A DNA stretch of 64,000 bases from Myxococcota bacterium (GTDB taxonomy: Bacteria > Myxococcota_A > UBA796 > GCA-2862545): NCBI GenBank assembly GCA_039208735.1, contig JBCCQY010000003.1, positions 32,001 through 96,000 on the forward strand. Direction: 5' to 3'. The notes below the pieces were generated by a model. The model did not search any database. It had not been told where the DNA came from and saw only the letters and a list, made by a program, of their open reading frames with translations. The position numbers were made by a program, and so were the translations under genes. The first letter of the stretch is position 1; each line of letters starts with the position of its first letter. Below are positions 19,430 through 28,732 of this stretch, piece after piece.

Positions 19430-19476
19430 GCTCCTCGGGCCGGACCCGCTATCCTAGGCCCTAGGAGGGCTGGCGG

Positions 19477-20445
19477 ATGGGCGTGGTCTTGGTCGAGATT
19501 CGGTCGACGTCCGGGGACGCGCCCCGCCGTGTCGAACGTCAAGGCGCGGTTCAGATCGGACGCGGGCCAGATAACGATCTGGTCCTTGCCGATCCCGAAG
19601 CATCCTGGCGTCACGCCCTGGTTTATCTGGATGGTCCCGACCTATGGGTGCGCGATCTGGGCAGTCGCAACGGGACGCTGGTGGACGGCGAGAAAATCGC
19701 CCATCCGACGCGGCTCAACGTACACAGCCGCCTGACGATCGGTCCGTTCGAACTGGCGGTGCGATCGCGGGCCGATGCTCAAGGCCCCTTGCTCGTCGAG
19801 GATGTCGCCACGGGCGTGCTTCATCCCATCATTGGCGAGCGATTCGTCATCGGTTCTCATGAAGGCGCTCACTTGTTGCACCCGGGCCTCACCGAGGACC
19901 TGACCATTCTGCTGGTCGGCCATGGCGAGGTCTGGGCCGGCTCGAACGGCGAAGACTGGCCCATCGCACTCGATACGCCGTTCGAGGTTGAAGGGCGGAG
20001 TTTCGTGGTGCGCCAAGGAGACGCCGAGCGGGTCCCCACAGTCGAGGCCCAGGGGCGTCCGTACGCCTACCACCTCGAAGCTTCGCTGGACCGCGGACCT
20101 GGGCCCACAGCGCTCCTTTCGGACCCGGTAACCAGCAATGCGTGCACGTTTTCGGCCGAAACGCGCGCCGTGTTGCTCTACACGTTGGGCCGACAGATCC
20201 TCGAAGATCGCAAGGAGGGTGTGCCTGCCTCGGAAGAAGGCTGGGTCGCGGATCCCGCGATCATCGTCTCGGTCTGGGGACGTACGTCTGCTGCGGATGG
20301 TCGGGCCCGTCTGAAGACGCTGGTGCATCGGGTGCGTCACGACTGTCGGAGCGTGGGTTTGGACCCTTGGTGCCTCGAAAAGCGGAGCGGCTACACCCGG
20401 CTACGTGCCGACAGCGTGTTCATTCCGGGGGAGAGCGAATCGTAG
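19477..20445 (+). CDS. FHA-domain protein with C-terminal winged-helix-like domain
   Basis: IGR..NDL..SWRHA..DLGSRNGT (FHA); C-terminus VWG..RLKTLVHRVR..LEKRSGYTRL. Confidence 0.8.
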   Translation: MGVVLVEIRSTSGDAPRRVERQGAVQIGRGPDNDLVLADPEASWRHALVYLDGPDLWVRDLGSRNGTLVDGEKIAHPTRLNVHSRLTIGPFELAVRSRADAQGPLLVEDVATGVLHPIIGERFVIGSHEGAHLLHPGLTEDLTILLVGHGEVWAGSNGEDWPIALDTPFEVEGRSFVVRQGDAERVPTVEAQGRPYAYHLEASLDRGPGPTALLSDPVTSNACTFSAETRAVLLYTLGRQILEDRKEGVPASEEGWVADPAIIVSVWGRTSAADGRARLKTLVHRVRHDCRSVGLDPWCLEKRSGYTRLRADSVFIPGESES

Positions 20446-21222
20446 GCCGAGGAAAAGCCTGATGGCAGGGGCTCCGATCCCCGGCGACACCCCTCGGCCA
20501 AGACCTCCATGGAGCGCCACGTCGCGCGACAGCCGGTACCGAGTGCTGAGCAGGACTTCGAAGGGGGCGGTATCGGGAGTGGTTCCTCGGCGGGGCACGC
20601 TGCCCACCGCTTCGGTGGTCACGTCCCATCGTGGATGAAGTGGAAGCGCGAGGCCCACACGAATCCAAAGGGCGTCATCAAAGTCGACGTCGACCAGGGT
20701 CTGCGTCGGGGTGAGCCGAATTCCGAGGTTCGTCGCGAGGGTGACGGGGCCCTCCCAGGCGGCCAAGAGTCCCAAATCCCCGAACCCGCCGGGGTGTCCG
20801 AGTTGCTGCTCCGCGGCCCCCAACGATGCGCCAAGCCGGCCGATGGCACCCAGCCGGACCTGGCCCAGAGTTCCGCTCACGACGGCCTCGAGCGTCGGGT
20901 CCCCCACCACCGTCAACACGGTGGGCTCGTCGGTGCCGATGCGCACCGGGTACACCGTTGCGGTGCCGCCCAGGCGGACTGGTCCGATCGGGTGTCGCGC
21001 GCCGACGTGCAGCCCCCAGGCGTGCCGGATCACCGGGATGAGCGCTCCCGTGTCGTCCACAGCTCGGATCGGCGCCACGGCCCATGAAGATTGGGCGGTG
21101 ACCATCGTCGGTGCGTCCGCGGCCGTATCGATCGTGGCAAAGGCGCTTGCATCGAGGGTGGGTTGGTAGGGGTCGGCGTCGACGAGGGGGCCGGCGAGTG
21201 CGGCAGCGCTCCAGAAGATCAC
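20401..21222 (-). CDS. Putative outer-membrane beta-barrel (resembles the N-domain of myxobacterial OmpA proteins)
   Basis: Leader; amphipathic strands; ending GLGRGVSPGIGAPAIRLFLGLRF; GTGA overlap. Confidence 0.6.
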   Translation of the reverse strand: MIFWSAAALAGPLVDADPYQPTLDASAFATIDTAADAPTMVTAQSSWAVAPIRAVDDTGALIPVIRHAWGLHVGARHPIGPVRLGGTATVYPVRIGTDEPTVLTVVGDPTLEAVVSGTLGQVRLGAIGRLGASLGAAEQQLGHPGGFGDLGLLAAWEGPVTLATNLGIRLTPTQTLVDVDFDDALWIRVGLALPLHPRWDVTTEAVGSVPRRGTTPDTAPFEVLLSTRYRLSRDVALHGGLGRGVSPGIGAPAIRLFLGLRFALPRNEHAVGT

Positions 21223-22235
21223 GGGGTGCCTCCCCACGGCAGACCAAACGGACGGGTGGGCGTTGGGATCCCAAGGAAGCCCAGTCGGTCGAGCGCCGCG
21301 ACCCGCCACCACACCGGTTCGCCCGGCGCGACGGGTAGCAAAAGGAGTTCGGGCGCATACACCGGCGTGGTCAGGGCCCGCGCATGAAGGATGCCGTTGC
21401 CCGCCGCATCGCCCGACAAGGTCACCCGGTAGCCGAAGGCTTCGGCGTTGGGGGTCCAGCGAAACTGCACGCGTCGCAAGGGCTCCCCAACGTCGGGACG
21501 GACCAGCCCTCCGGGTTTCAGGAGGTCGACCGTCGCCGACAACTGGCCATCCGCCTGCACGCGGGCTCCCTTGCCGGCCTCGAGGTCGAGTTGTTGGTCA
21601 TCGCCAAGCAACGCGAGCCGAGAGGTCAGCGACTCGGCGCGTAGCGCATCGTCGGACTCGAGGTGCACCCGAAATCCGCCGGTACCCGTCGCCATCCCCG
21701 CGCCCGCAACCACGGTGACCCGGCCCGTGACCTCTTTCGGATCCGCGACGACCAGGCTGCCCTGGTCCACCTCGACCACCGTGGCGCGCCCCGCTCGCGT
21801 TGCCCCCACCGCGCGCAGGGTGATGCAGGTGTCGCTCCACAACACCACCCCGTCGCCCACTGGGCCGTCCTCTGCGCAGGTCGTGGCCACATGGAGCAGG
21901 GCGTAGCTGTTGGCGCCGGTGCAGACCTGGGCTCCCGTAGGGAGAGCCACGAGGCGTTGGGCGGCCTGGGGGCGTCCCCCTTGGGTGGTGACGGTGACCT
22001 CACCCACCGTGAGTTCGAGGAACGCATCCTGCTCGGAGGTGCTCGCCTGATCGGGGAGTTTGAGGAGTCGGCCGATGCGAGGCTGAGCGCCCGGCGGCAA
22101 GCCATTGAGCCCCCGGATGACCGAGGCCAGCTGGGGGTCGCCGAGTTCTACCGCGATGCCCTCGATGGTCTGGCCAACCTCGACCGGCCAAAGGCTACTG
22201 GCGGCCGCGAGTTCCATGGTCAACCAGACGATCAT
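21219..22235 (-). CDS. LysM + FecR + FnIII-like protein
   Basis: VEVGQTIEGIA..LNGL..IGRLLKLP (LysM); GAQVCTGANSYALL..VDQGSL (FecR); WWRVAALDRLGFLG. Confidence 0.75.
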   Translation of the reverse strand: MIVWLTMELAAASSLWPVEVGQTIEGIAVELGDPQLASVIRGLNGLPPGAQPRIGRLLKLPDQASTSEQDAFLELTVGEVTVTTQGGRPQAAQRLVALPTGAQVCTGANSYALLHVATTCAEDGPVGDGVVLWSDTCITLRAVGATRAGRATVVEVDQGSLVVADPKEVTGRVTVVAGAGMATGTGGFRVHLESDDALRAESLTSRLALLGDDQQLDLEAGKGARVQADGQLSATVDLLKPGGLVRPDVGEPLRRVQFRWTPNAEAFGYRVTLSGDAAGNGILHARALTTPVYAPELLLLPVAPGEPVWWRVAALDRLGFLGIPTPTRPFGLPWGGTP

Positions 22236-23311
22236 GGACGCCTCGGGGGAAGGGGGCGGACTAGGGCAATGCGTTGACCCTCGGCGGGGGCATCCCGCAG
22301 ATCGAGAGGGGCTTCGACGGTGTCGAGCCGTTCAGGATCGAGGCCCGATTCAATCAGGTGGTTGCGAACGGCGTTGGCGCGCGCTTCGGCGAGCTGGCGA
22401 TTGGCGTTGTCATCGCCTTCGGGACTAAAGCCGCCTCGAATCTCGAACCGCCATCCCCCGGCATCACGCGCCACGTCGGTCAGAGACGTGCGCGCCTCGG
22501 AACTTAGGGCGGCAGACCCCTGGGCAAACCCGATCTCGCGTGGCTCAGGTGGGGGAACGGACCACCAAAGCCCGTGGTCTTCGCTGACGAGCAGATCGCG
22601 GCGGATGCGGCGGCCTCCACCGAGAATGGCGACCCTCACCGCTCCACTGCGCTTGTGCACTGCGATGCCGTTCGCATCGGCTTCGACCGTGGTTCCATCG
22701 ACCGATACGGCGTCGCCAGGGTAGGCCGCAACGACCAGCACACCGGCCTGGGGCATCGTAGGTTGGTTCGGGAAGGTGGCCCCCGACCGATTCCGGAGCA
22801 AATCCGCCGATGGTGCATTGGGATCGACGTAGTCACAAACCGGCTCGGCTCGCCACACGGGCTTGGGCTCGCTCCGTCGCCGAAACAACCGAGCCACGGT
22901 GAGTTCGAGCCACCAGTCTTCGCGTGTGGGCACGAAGCGGTACGCGACCTGCAGGCGCCACCCGGATTGCCGTCGGGGCAGGTCGAGGGCGAAGCCTGGG
23001 GAGAGGACCAGCGCGACGTCAGGGCCAACGCTGGCCCCCGCTCCCAACACCGCGGTGAGGTGGGGGCGCGAGGATTGGGGTCGGCCCAAGCGAAGGGTGG
23101 GGGAAAGACTGCCGACGGCGCGCCCCGAGGTGTCGACCCCCACGAGTCCCGTCAAGCCAGGGGCCACGATAGGTCGTGGCCATTCGAAGGATCCGCGCAC
23201 GCCGTAAAAGGAGCGTGGGCCTTGGGTGCGGTCGGCGAGGCCTGCCGATCCGCCCAGCGCAAGGTCGATCGGTGGGGCCGCGACCGCCGACGCCAGGAGC
23301 AACTGGATCAT
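22232..23311 (-). CDS. OmpA-family protein
   Basis: FAQGSAALS..GGFSPEGDDNANRQLAEARANAVRNHL; N-terminal beta strands; ATGA overlaps at both ends. Confidence 0.8.
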   Translation of the reverse strand: MIQLLLASAVAAPPIDLALGGSAGLADRTQGPRSFYGVRGSFEWPRPIVAPGLTGLVGVDTSGRAVGSLSPTLRLGRPQSSRPHLTAVLGAGASVGPDVALVLSPGFALDLPRRQSGWRLQVAYRFVPTREDWWLELTVARLFRRRSEPKPVWRAEPVCDYVDPNAPSADLLRNRSGATFPNQPTMPQAGVLVVAAYPGDAVSVDGTTVEADANGIAVHKRSGAVRVAILGGGRRIRRDLLVSEDHGLWWSVPPPEPREIGFAQGSAALSSEARTSLTDVARDAGGWRFEIRGGFSPEGDDNANRQLAEARANAVRNHLIESGLDPERLDTVEAPLDLRDAPAEGQRIALVRPLPPRRP

Positions 23312-24744
23312 GGTGCACGGTCCAACGTCACAACCGCCTCGCCACGTGGGGAATAGACCTTTCCTCGACCCTTTTGCCCATTGGGCGCTATCGTGATCTC
23401 GTACCGTACTTCGGTGCGGGACTCCTTGAGCGAAAGCCGGTTTCCGGCATATGTCCCCCGGATTCCTTCGCGAACGATTTTGTCGTCGAGTCGGCTTTGG
23501 GCTTCCCCACGAAGCGCTTCTGGCGGTCCTTCGAGAACGAGTGTGATCGCCACGCCGTTGTTGCTCATCTGCCAGGTGCCGGCAACGTCGGAGGCGTCTG
23601 CTTTGGGCGCAGGTGGGGGTCGCGGAGTCGGCGTGGCGCGAGGCGGGGTGGCGGTGGGCTCCCGCTCCGGCAAGGGGGGACCTTGAAACTGGAGTTCCCA
23701 TGGCACGGGTTCGGCCGTGGGCGGGTCCGCAACGGTCGTGGGAGACGGCTCCGGTGGGGATTCCGAAGGGAGCCACGCAAGGCTGCCCAGTGCGAAGAGC
23801 AGCGCGAATCCACCTACGCCCGCGGCCACCCAGCGCCCTCGTCGGGGGTCCCGCGCCGCGATGGTCGGGGACGGGGCCGGAGGCATGGTCGGGGGAGGGC
23901 GTGGGGGCTGCGGTGACACCCGGGGCGGCACCACTTCACCCAGATCGACGGCCTCGAGCGCTCGCGCGAAGTCGTGCGCGGTGGGGTACCGATCGTCGGG
24001 GCGTTCCGAGCAGGCTCGCCGCAGCACCCTGACGAGCCCCGGCGTGAGGTCCGTCCACCGGTCCGACGTGGTTCCCGCCAGGAATAGATCGATGGCCGAT
24101 CGGCCCGTCAGCACCCGATACAGTGCAGCGCCGGTGGCGTAGATGTCGGCCAGATGGCTGACCCCCGCAGCGTCTTGGCGTTGCTCGGGAGGCATGTAGG
24201 CGAGCGAGCCCATACCGACGCCTCGTCGCGTCCGGCGAAGTGCCGCATCGTCGATCATCGCGATGCCAAAATCGGTGAGTCGGGCATCATCCGCGTCGTC
24301 GATCAGCACATTCGAAGGCTTCACATCGCGATGCACGATCCCCGCCTCGTGCACGGCGGCCAGCCCCTTCAGCAATTGGCCCACCAACCGCACGGCATCG
24401 GACGGAGGCAAGGGACCCCGCTCGACCAACCGGTCCGAGAGGGTCCCGCCCGGGACGTGTTCCATGACGATGTAGTCCAAATCGCCGTCTCGCCCGGTAT
24501 CGAAGACCTGAACGACGTGGGGGTGACGAATTTTGGCCATCGCCCGGGCTTCGGCCGCAAAGCGTCGGCGCCACGACGCTCGCGGCTCCCCATCATCGAG
24601 GCGAATGATTTTGATCGCGCGTACCGCGTTCAAGCGCGTGTCGATCGCCCGGAACACGTAGGCCATTCCCCCCTCGCCAAGTGGCTCGTCGAGGGTGTAG
24701 CGGCCGTTCCCGAGAGCTTCGGGGATTGCCAAGCGCTCCGTCAT
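23308..24744 (-). CDS. Membrane Ser/Thr protein kinase (Pkn type)
   Basis: LGEGGMA, AIK, HRDVKPSN, DFG, YMPPE, DIY; Pro-rich linker, TM helix and small external domain. Confidence 0.95.
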   Translation of the reverse strand: MTERLAIPEALGNGRYTLDEPLGEGGMAYVFRAIDTRLNAVRAIKIIRLDDGEPRASWRRRFAAEARAMAKIRHPHVVQVFDTGRDGDLDYIVMEHVPGGTLSDRLVERGPLPPSDAVRLVGQLLKGLAAVHEAGIVHRDVKPSNVLIDDADDARLTDFGIAMIDDAALRRTRRGVGMGSLAYMPPEQRQDAAGVSHLADIYATGAALYRVLTGRSAIDLFLAGTTSDRWTDLTPGLVRVLRRACSERPDDRYPTAHDFARALEAVDLGEVVPPRVSPQPPRPPPTMPPAPSPTIAARDPRRGRWVAAGVGGFALLFALGSLAWLPSESPPEPSPTTVADPPTAEPVPWELQFQGPPLPEREPTATPPRATPTPRPPPAPKADASDVAGTWQMSNNGVAITLVLEGPPEALRGEAQSRLDDKIVREGIRGTYAGNRLSLKESRTEVRYEITIAPNGQKGRGKVYSPRGEAVVTLDRAP

Positions 24745-24906
24745 CGGCGCGCTTTATCTCATCATTCGTTGGCGTCAGCGAGTGCGGAGACCTCGAGCAA
24801 CCTTGTGAAGACACTCGGGTTGTGGGAGGTGGCCCCCGCGACGAGATGCCACAGTGTCGATAGTCATTGCATACGTTCTAGGATGGAAATTCCTGTTGGA
24901 GGAGCG

Positions 24907-25809
24907 ATGATGATTCGGGGTCTCGTGCTGATGGGCCTGGTCGGCTGTGTCGATCAGGAGGAGTTTGCGCTGGAGTTCGTAGCCGTGCACCACGGGGCCC
25001 GCGTTGGCTGTGACGACGTGCTGATGGGCTTCGGACCCGATGCCGACCAGTCCGTGCGCATTGCCGACCTGCGGCTGTACGTCAGCGCTCTTGAGTTCCT
25101 TGACGCCGATGGTTTGGTCATCGCACACACCCTCGACGCCAACGAGTTCCAGCTCGATCATCCGGAGGGTTGGGTCTCGCTTGTCGACCTCGCGGGCACC
25201 GACGCTGGCGCTTGCGCTCCCGACGGCATCACGTTCGCGGAGGGCACCGCGCGCCTCCACCCTACGCTGACGGGCCAGACTGCGGTCGACGACGTGGCCT
25301 CGGTGCGCTTCGACGTGGGGGTCCCCCAGGCCGTGATGTCCGCGGTCATCGGAGACTACACCGCCGAAGCGGCCCCCTCGCCGCTGGGCGAGATGTACTG
25401 GTCGTGGGTCACGGGCTACCGGCACTTCGTGCTCAACATGGCCGTTGACGCCCCCGAGGAGCAAGGCGAGGGCTACGTCCACATCGGTAGCACAGACTGC
25501 GCGGCCAAAGGCGAGAACGCCCTCGAGAGCCGGTCGGCCTGCGGGGCCATCAATACGCCGCGCGTCGCGATGGAGTTCGACCTCGTCACCGACGTCATCG
25601 GCATCGACGTAGGCACCCTACTTGCGGGTCTCGACTTCCGAGCGCCCGTTTACGATCCGCAGACCTTCGAGATCATCGGCGAACAGCCTGGTGTCGAGTG
25701 CCACAGCTCGACGCTCCAGAGCGACTGCGCCCAGATCTTCGACGCGGTGGGCATCGACCCCGACGGCGATGCGGCGGCCGACGCCAACCAGGTCTTTCGG
25801 CGCCTCTGA
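24907..25809 (+). CDS. mbnP: MbnP-family (MXAN_0976-type four-Cys) copper-binding lipoprotein
   Basis: Lipobox LVGC; DLRLYVS, MYWSWVTGY (WxW), HIGSTDC. Confidence 0.85.
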   Translation: MMIRGLVLMGLVGCVDQEEFALEFVAVHHGARVGCDDVLMGFGPDADQSVRIADLRLYVSALEFLDADGLVIAHTLDANEFQLDHPEGWVSLVDLAGTDAGACAPDGITFAEGTARLHPTLTGQTAVDDVASVRFDVGVPQAVMSAVIGDYTAEAAPSPLGEMYWSWVTGYRHFVLNMAVDAPEEQGEGYVHIGSTDCAAKGENALESRSACGAINTPRVAMEFDLVTDVIGIDVGTLLAGLDFRAPVYDPQTFEIIGEQPGVECHSSTLQSDCAQIFDAVGIDPDGDAAADANQVFRRL

Positions 25810-26945
25810 TGCGTGGACTCTTCTTCTTCTTGGGAATGAGCGCGTGCGCCGCGTCCGAGCTGGACGTGCGCGAAGTCCTTGAGCTTCCCGAACACTTCGC
25901 GACTCCCGATGTCCCACTTACCAACCCGCCCACTCCCGAGGCGATCGAGCTTGGCCGGTGGCTATTCTACGACGAGCGGCTGTCGGGCAACCAGACCCAG
26001 TCCTGCGCGAGCTGCCATCTCCAGGAGTTCGCCTTCGCGGATGGGTTGCAGCGCCCCGTGGGCTCAACCGGACAGACGCTGCCGCGTAACTCGCAGGGGC
26101 TCGCCAACGTGGCGTGGGCGTCGTCGCTCACCTGGGCAAGTCCGTTCCTCGTCGACCTCGAGCAGCAGATCCATGTGCCGCTACGGGCCGAGAATCCCAT
26201 CGAACTCGGCATGAATGACGGCAACGAGCAGGAAATCCTCGACCGGTTCCTCGATGACCCTGACATGGTCGAGCGCTTCGCGCTTGCGTTCCCCGACACC
26301 GACGGTGCGGTGACCACGAACGCGGTGGTGCTGGCGCTGGCCTCATTCCTGCGGTCGATGGTGTCGTCGCGGAGCCCCTACGATCGGTTCCTGCAGGGTG
26401 ACCGCGACGCGCTGTCTGCCGCCGCGGAGCGTGGTTTGACCCTGTTCAACACCCATCCTCGCGAGTGCTTTCACTGCCACAACGGCACGCAGCTGACCAC
26501 CGCCTACCGCGACGCGAGCTCCGAGCCCGGTTTCTTGGTGCCGCAGTTTTTCAACACCGGTCTGTACAACGTCGACGGCGAAGGGAGCTACCCGCCGCAC
26601 GACCAGGGTCTGTTCGAGGCCACCGGCGATCCGCGTGACCGCGGACGGTTTCGTGTGCCGAGCTTGCGCAACGTCGCGGTGACCGCACCGTACATGCACG
26701 ATGGGAGTGTTGAGACGCTGCGCGAGGTCGTTCTGCACTATGCCGCGGGGGGGCGAGTGATAGAGGATGGTCCGTTCGCTGGTGACGGTCGATTGAGCCC
26801 GCTCAAGTCCAGTTTCATGATCGGATTTCCAGTCGACGACGACGAGATCGATGACCTCGTGGCGTTCCTGGAGTCAATGACGGACGACACCTTCCTCTCC
26901 GACCCTCGATTCTCGGATCCGCGAAAGGCAACCGTGGCGCCGTGA
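25809..26945 (+). CDS. mbnH: MbnH-family di-heme c protein (MauG/bCcP superfamily)
   Basis: CASCH and CFHCH; LGRWLFYDERLS; FRVPSLRNVAVTAPYMHDGS; TGATG overlap with mbnP. Confidence 0.9.
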   Translation: MRGLFFFLGMSACAASELDVREVLELPEHFATPDVPLTNPPTPEAIELGRWLFYDERLSGNQTQSCASCHLQEFAFADGLQRPVGSTGQTLPRNSQGLANVAWASSLTWASPFLVDLEQQIHVPLRAENPIELGMNDGNEQEILDRFLDDPDMVERFALAFPDTDGAVTTNAVVLALASFLRSMVSSRSPYDRFLQGDRDALSAAAERGLTLFNTHPRECFHCHNGTQLTTAYRDASSEPGFLVPQFFNTGLYNVDGEGSYPPHDQGLFEATGDPRDRGRFRVPSLRNVAVTAPYMHDGSVETLREVVLHYAAGGRVIEDGPFAGDGRLSPLKSSFMIGFPVDDDEIDDLVAFLESMTDDTFLSDPRFSDPRKATVAP

Positions 26946-27374
26946 CGTCCAGCCAGCCGGTAGTGATCCTTGCGCCTACCTCTCGGACGCCGCCCGCCCC
27001 CACGCCCGATCAATTGGTCCGGCCTTTCACACAACGGACAATCAGCCCACCATGCGTCACACGTTGAACAAGCCCCCGGACCACAGAACAGCTCGTTCCG
27101 TGATGACGGCGATCACCGCAAGTTGCCAGACTTCGTTCCACCCTGAACCGAGACGCCTCGCCTTTCGTCGTTGCAGCGACCGTGATTGGGCCTTCTCGGG
27201 AATGGGGCTGCGATCGACAGGCGCTAAGCTGGCTCGTTCATGCCCATGGCCGATTCGACCTCGATTTGTATGCCCGAATCGAAGTTGAAACTTTAAGATC
27301 CGGACGTTTGGCGGCAAGCGTAGCGATGTTCCCTATGGGCCGCGAAGCGACAGAGCAGGAAGAGTCGTGGTTTC

Positions 27375-27410
27375 GTTTGATTAAACTTATATATCATTGA
27401 TATATCAAAC
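27375..27410. promoter_or_regulatory. AT-rich palindromic operator candidate
   Basis: Perfect palindrome TTGATATATCAA at 27397-27408, with a second ATATATCA at 27389-27396. Confidence 0.45.
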
Positions 27411-27448
27411 AGGATCATCCACGAAGGCTGTGGCAAGATGAGGGCGCC

Positions 27449-28732
27449 ATGACCTTTGGTTCTTCCGCCTTTCTTCGTGAGCCGCCGGCCGGCCTCATCG
27501 CCTCGATTCGTGAGGACCCCGATGACCACGCGGCGTGGTCCGTCTTTGCGGACTGGTTGACGGAGCAGGGAGACGCGCGTGGCGAACTGGTACTTTTGCA
27601 GCACCGGCTCGACGAGGCTGAAGACGCAGCTCGGAGGCCCTTGCAGCGGGCCGTTCGAGAGCTAGAACAGGCCCATCAAGAGGCTTGGTTTGCCGGGCTC
27701 GAACCGCCGCCCCAGACGCGGTTGAAGCGTTGCCATGGGTTTGTCGTCGGGGTGCGGCTGCGGCCTTGGGACGAGTTGCGGCGGGCCTTCCTCGTTCGAC
27801 TGCTCGAGCATCCGACAGGCCGGTTGCTGCGATCGCTTGAGGTGGGTGATGCGAATCTCTCGGATGAGGGCGTGATCGCGCTGGCTCGGGAATCTCGGTT
27901 GTCCCGGCTCAAGGAACTCCATCTTCGAGGTGGCCGCCTGACCCGACAAGCGGTGGGCGCCTTGGCTGCTTCTCCGCACCTCGCTGGGTTGACGTTCCTC
28001 GATTTGGCCCACAACGCGCTCGGAGCCGAAGCGGCGCGCTCGATTGCGATGGCGAAGAATGGCTGGGTCCTGCATCAGCTGGGACTGGATGGCTGCCGCA
28101 TTGGTGACGATGGAGTAGCCGCACTGACCCAGGCGTCCTTTGCATCGCAGCTCCAGAGCCTCGATCTGTCCCGCAATGCGATAGGGCCCCATGGCATTGC
28201 GAACATGGCCGTACGTGGATTTGCGTCCTTGACCGCGCTCCACCTGTCAGACAACGACGTGCGTGATGAGGGCATGGAGGCCTTCGCGAGCGGAGGCGAA
28301 GGAGCTGGGTTGGTCGACCTGCGCGTGGCACGAAATGGCTTGTCGGAGCGGGCGGCCACTGCGCTGGCCGAGTCTCCGACGCTGACCCATCTCGAAACGC
28401 TTCACCTATCGTTCAACGGACTCGGCCCCGCCGGGGTGCAAGCCCTCGTCCACTCCGCCAACGCAGCGGGGCTGAAGTCGATCGACCTCAATCGGAACGA
28501 GGTGGCGTGCGACGGCGCGGAAGCATTGGCGGACTCCAGGCAATTGTCGAGGCTTCGAGCGCTCTATCTCGATGAAAACGACATTCGCCAACGTGGTGCG
28601 CGGGCGCTGGCCCAGGCCAAGTCGCTGCAGGGCCTTGGCTACCTCAATCTCTGGGGCAACCCCATCGGGTCTGTGGGCGCCCAAGCGCTTCATCACTCGT
28701 CGGTGCTTGCGGACTGCAAGATCTTTAGGTGA
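27449..28732 (+). CDS. TIGR02996-domain leucine-rich-repeat protein
   Basis: DPDDHAAWSVFADWLTEQGDARGELV followed by ~28-aa LxxLxLxxNxIGxxGxxAL repeats. Confidence 0.9.
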   Translation: MTFGSSAFLREPPAGLIASIREDPDDHAAWSVFADWLTEQGDARGELVLLQHRLDEAEDAARRPLQRAVRELEQAHQEAWFAGLEPPPQTRLKRCHGFVVGVRLRPWDELRRAFLVRLLEHPTGRLLRSLEVGDANLSDEGVIALARESRLSRLKELHLRGGRLTRQAVGALAASPHLAGLTFLDLAHNALGAEAARSIAMAKNGWVLHQLGLDGCRIGDDGVAALTQASFASQLQSLDLSRNAIGPHGIANMAVRGFASLTALHLSDNDVRDEGMEAFASGGEGAGLVDLRVARNGLSERAATALAESPTLTHLETLHLSFNGLGPAGVQALVHSANAAGLKSIDLNRNEVACDGAEALADSRQLSRLRALYLDENDIRQRGARALAQAKSLQGLGYLNLWGNPIGSVGAQALHHSSVLADCKIFR

